DNA from: Diadema antillarum
Taxonomy: Eukaryota
Direction: 5' to 3'
DNA length: 64,000 nucleotides
Assembly (NCBI RefSeq): GCF_040938485.1
Contig: NW_027272190.1
Coordinates: forward strand, 558,001 to 622,000
Part shown: in pieces, positions 63,517 through 64,000 of the stretch
Layout of the letters: each line of letters opens with the position of its first letter
How positions within the stretch are numbered: position 1 is the first letter of the stretch
Translations under genes and position numbers: made by a program
Notes under the pieces: model-generated
Seen by the model: only the letters and a program-made list of their open reading frames with translations
Databases searched by the model: none
What the model was told of the DNA's origin: nothing

Positions 63517-64000
63517 TGTGACCGTGCTCCTCAAAACGAGCATAAAGTCGCACACACTGATTTTGCGTGAGTACTGAAAATAAGTGAAATGGGTCAACCC
63601 AGCCGAACTTGACTTTTCCATATTTTCTGAAAGAGCGGGTCTTCTTTTACATTATGCTATAATTTGGTATCATAAAACGGCAGGAAAGAGCGTTTTATTT
63701 GACACTTTATCTCGAACATTTTTGGTAGAATAGTGTGATTAGGTGTGTCTTTAGAATCCCTTTTTCATTTCTGAAAAATTTTGTCCACACTCTTCACTTT
63801 CAACTCTAATAACTTTTGACAGGATAGGGCTACTGCTTTGAAAGTTGGCATTAATTATGGACAGAATGTTTTAATGAGGCATAGTCAATTTCAGTTTAAT
63901 CTGATAATCCCTTCACTGTTGTTACTCTGGTGGTTTACTTCCTGTTTTTTGTCCTATTCATCGCACAGCCAGCACGGTTTGGTAAAGATTAAGCGCTTGA
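63517..64000. mobile_element. MITE, TGTGACC family, runs off the window; interrupts a LINE remnant
   Basis: Left TIR and internal sequence match 23060-23749. Confidence 0.85.

Overview
AT-rich animal genomic DNA with spliceosomal introns, microsatellites and many MITE/LINE remnants; an invertebrate deuterostome such as a sea urchin is my inference, not something the sequence shows. The window holds: (1) the last 7 coding exons of an FBXO47/PROM-1-like meiotic F-box gene (+, 273-5744); (2) a ~23-kb tandem duplication (about 5041-27946 and 27961-50696), each unit carrying the FBXO47 3' tail plus an 11-exon SLC22 organic cation/anion transporter gene on the minus strand. Copy B (36370-50319) splices to an intact 601-aa protein. 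Copy A (9807-27571) has three lesions: a 64-bp insertion in exon 2, loss of the exon-4 acceptor, and a +1 T in exon 8. (3) a probable first, signal-peptide exon of a third gene (+, 54011-54065), head-to-head with copy B. The most notable observations are a GT-AG 61-nt cryptic intron that would restore the frame broken by the exon-2 insertion, a duplication junction with homeology and an apparently templated filler, near-identical C-terminal but fast-diverging N-terminal exons between the paralogs, and a three-level transposon stack just behind the stop codon of the intact gene. All exon boundaries and alignments were done by hand.
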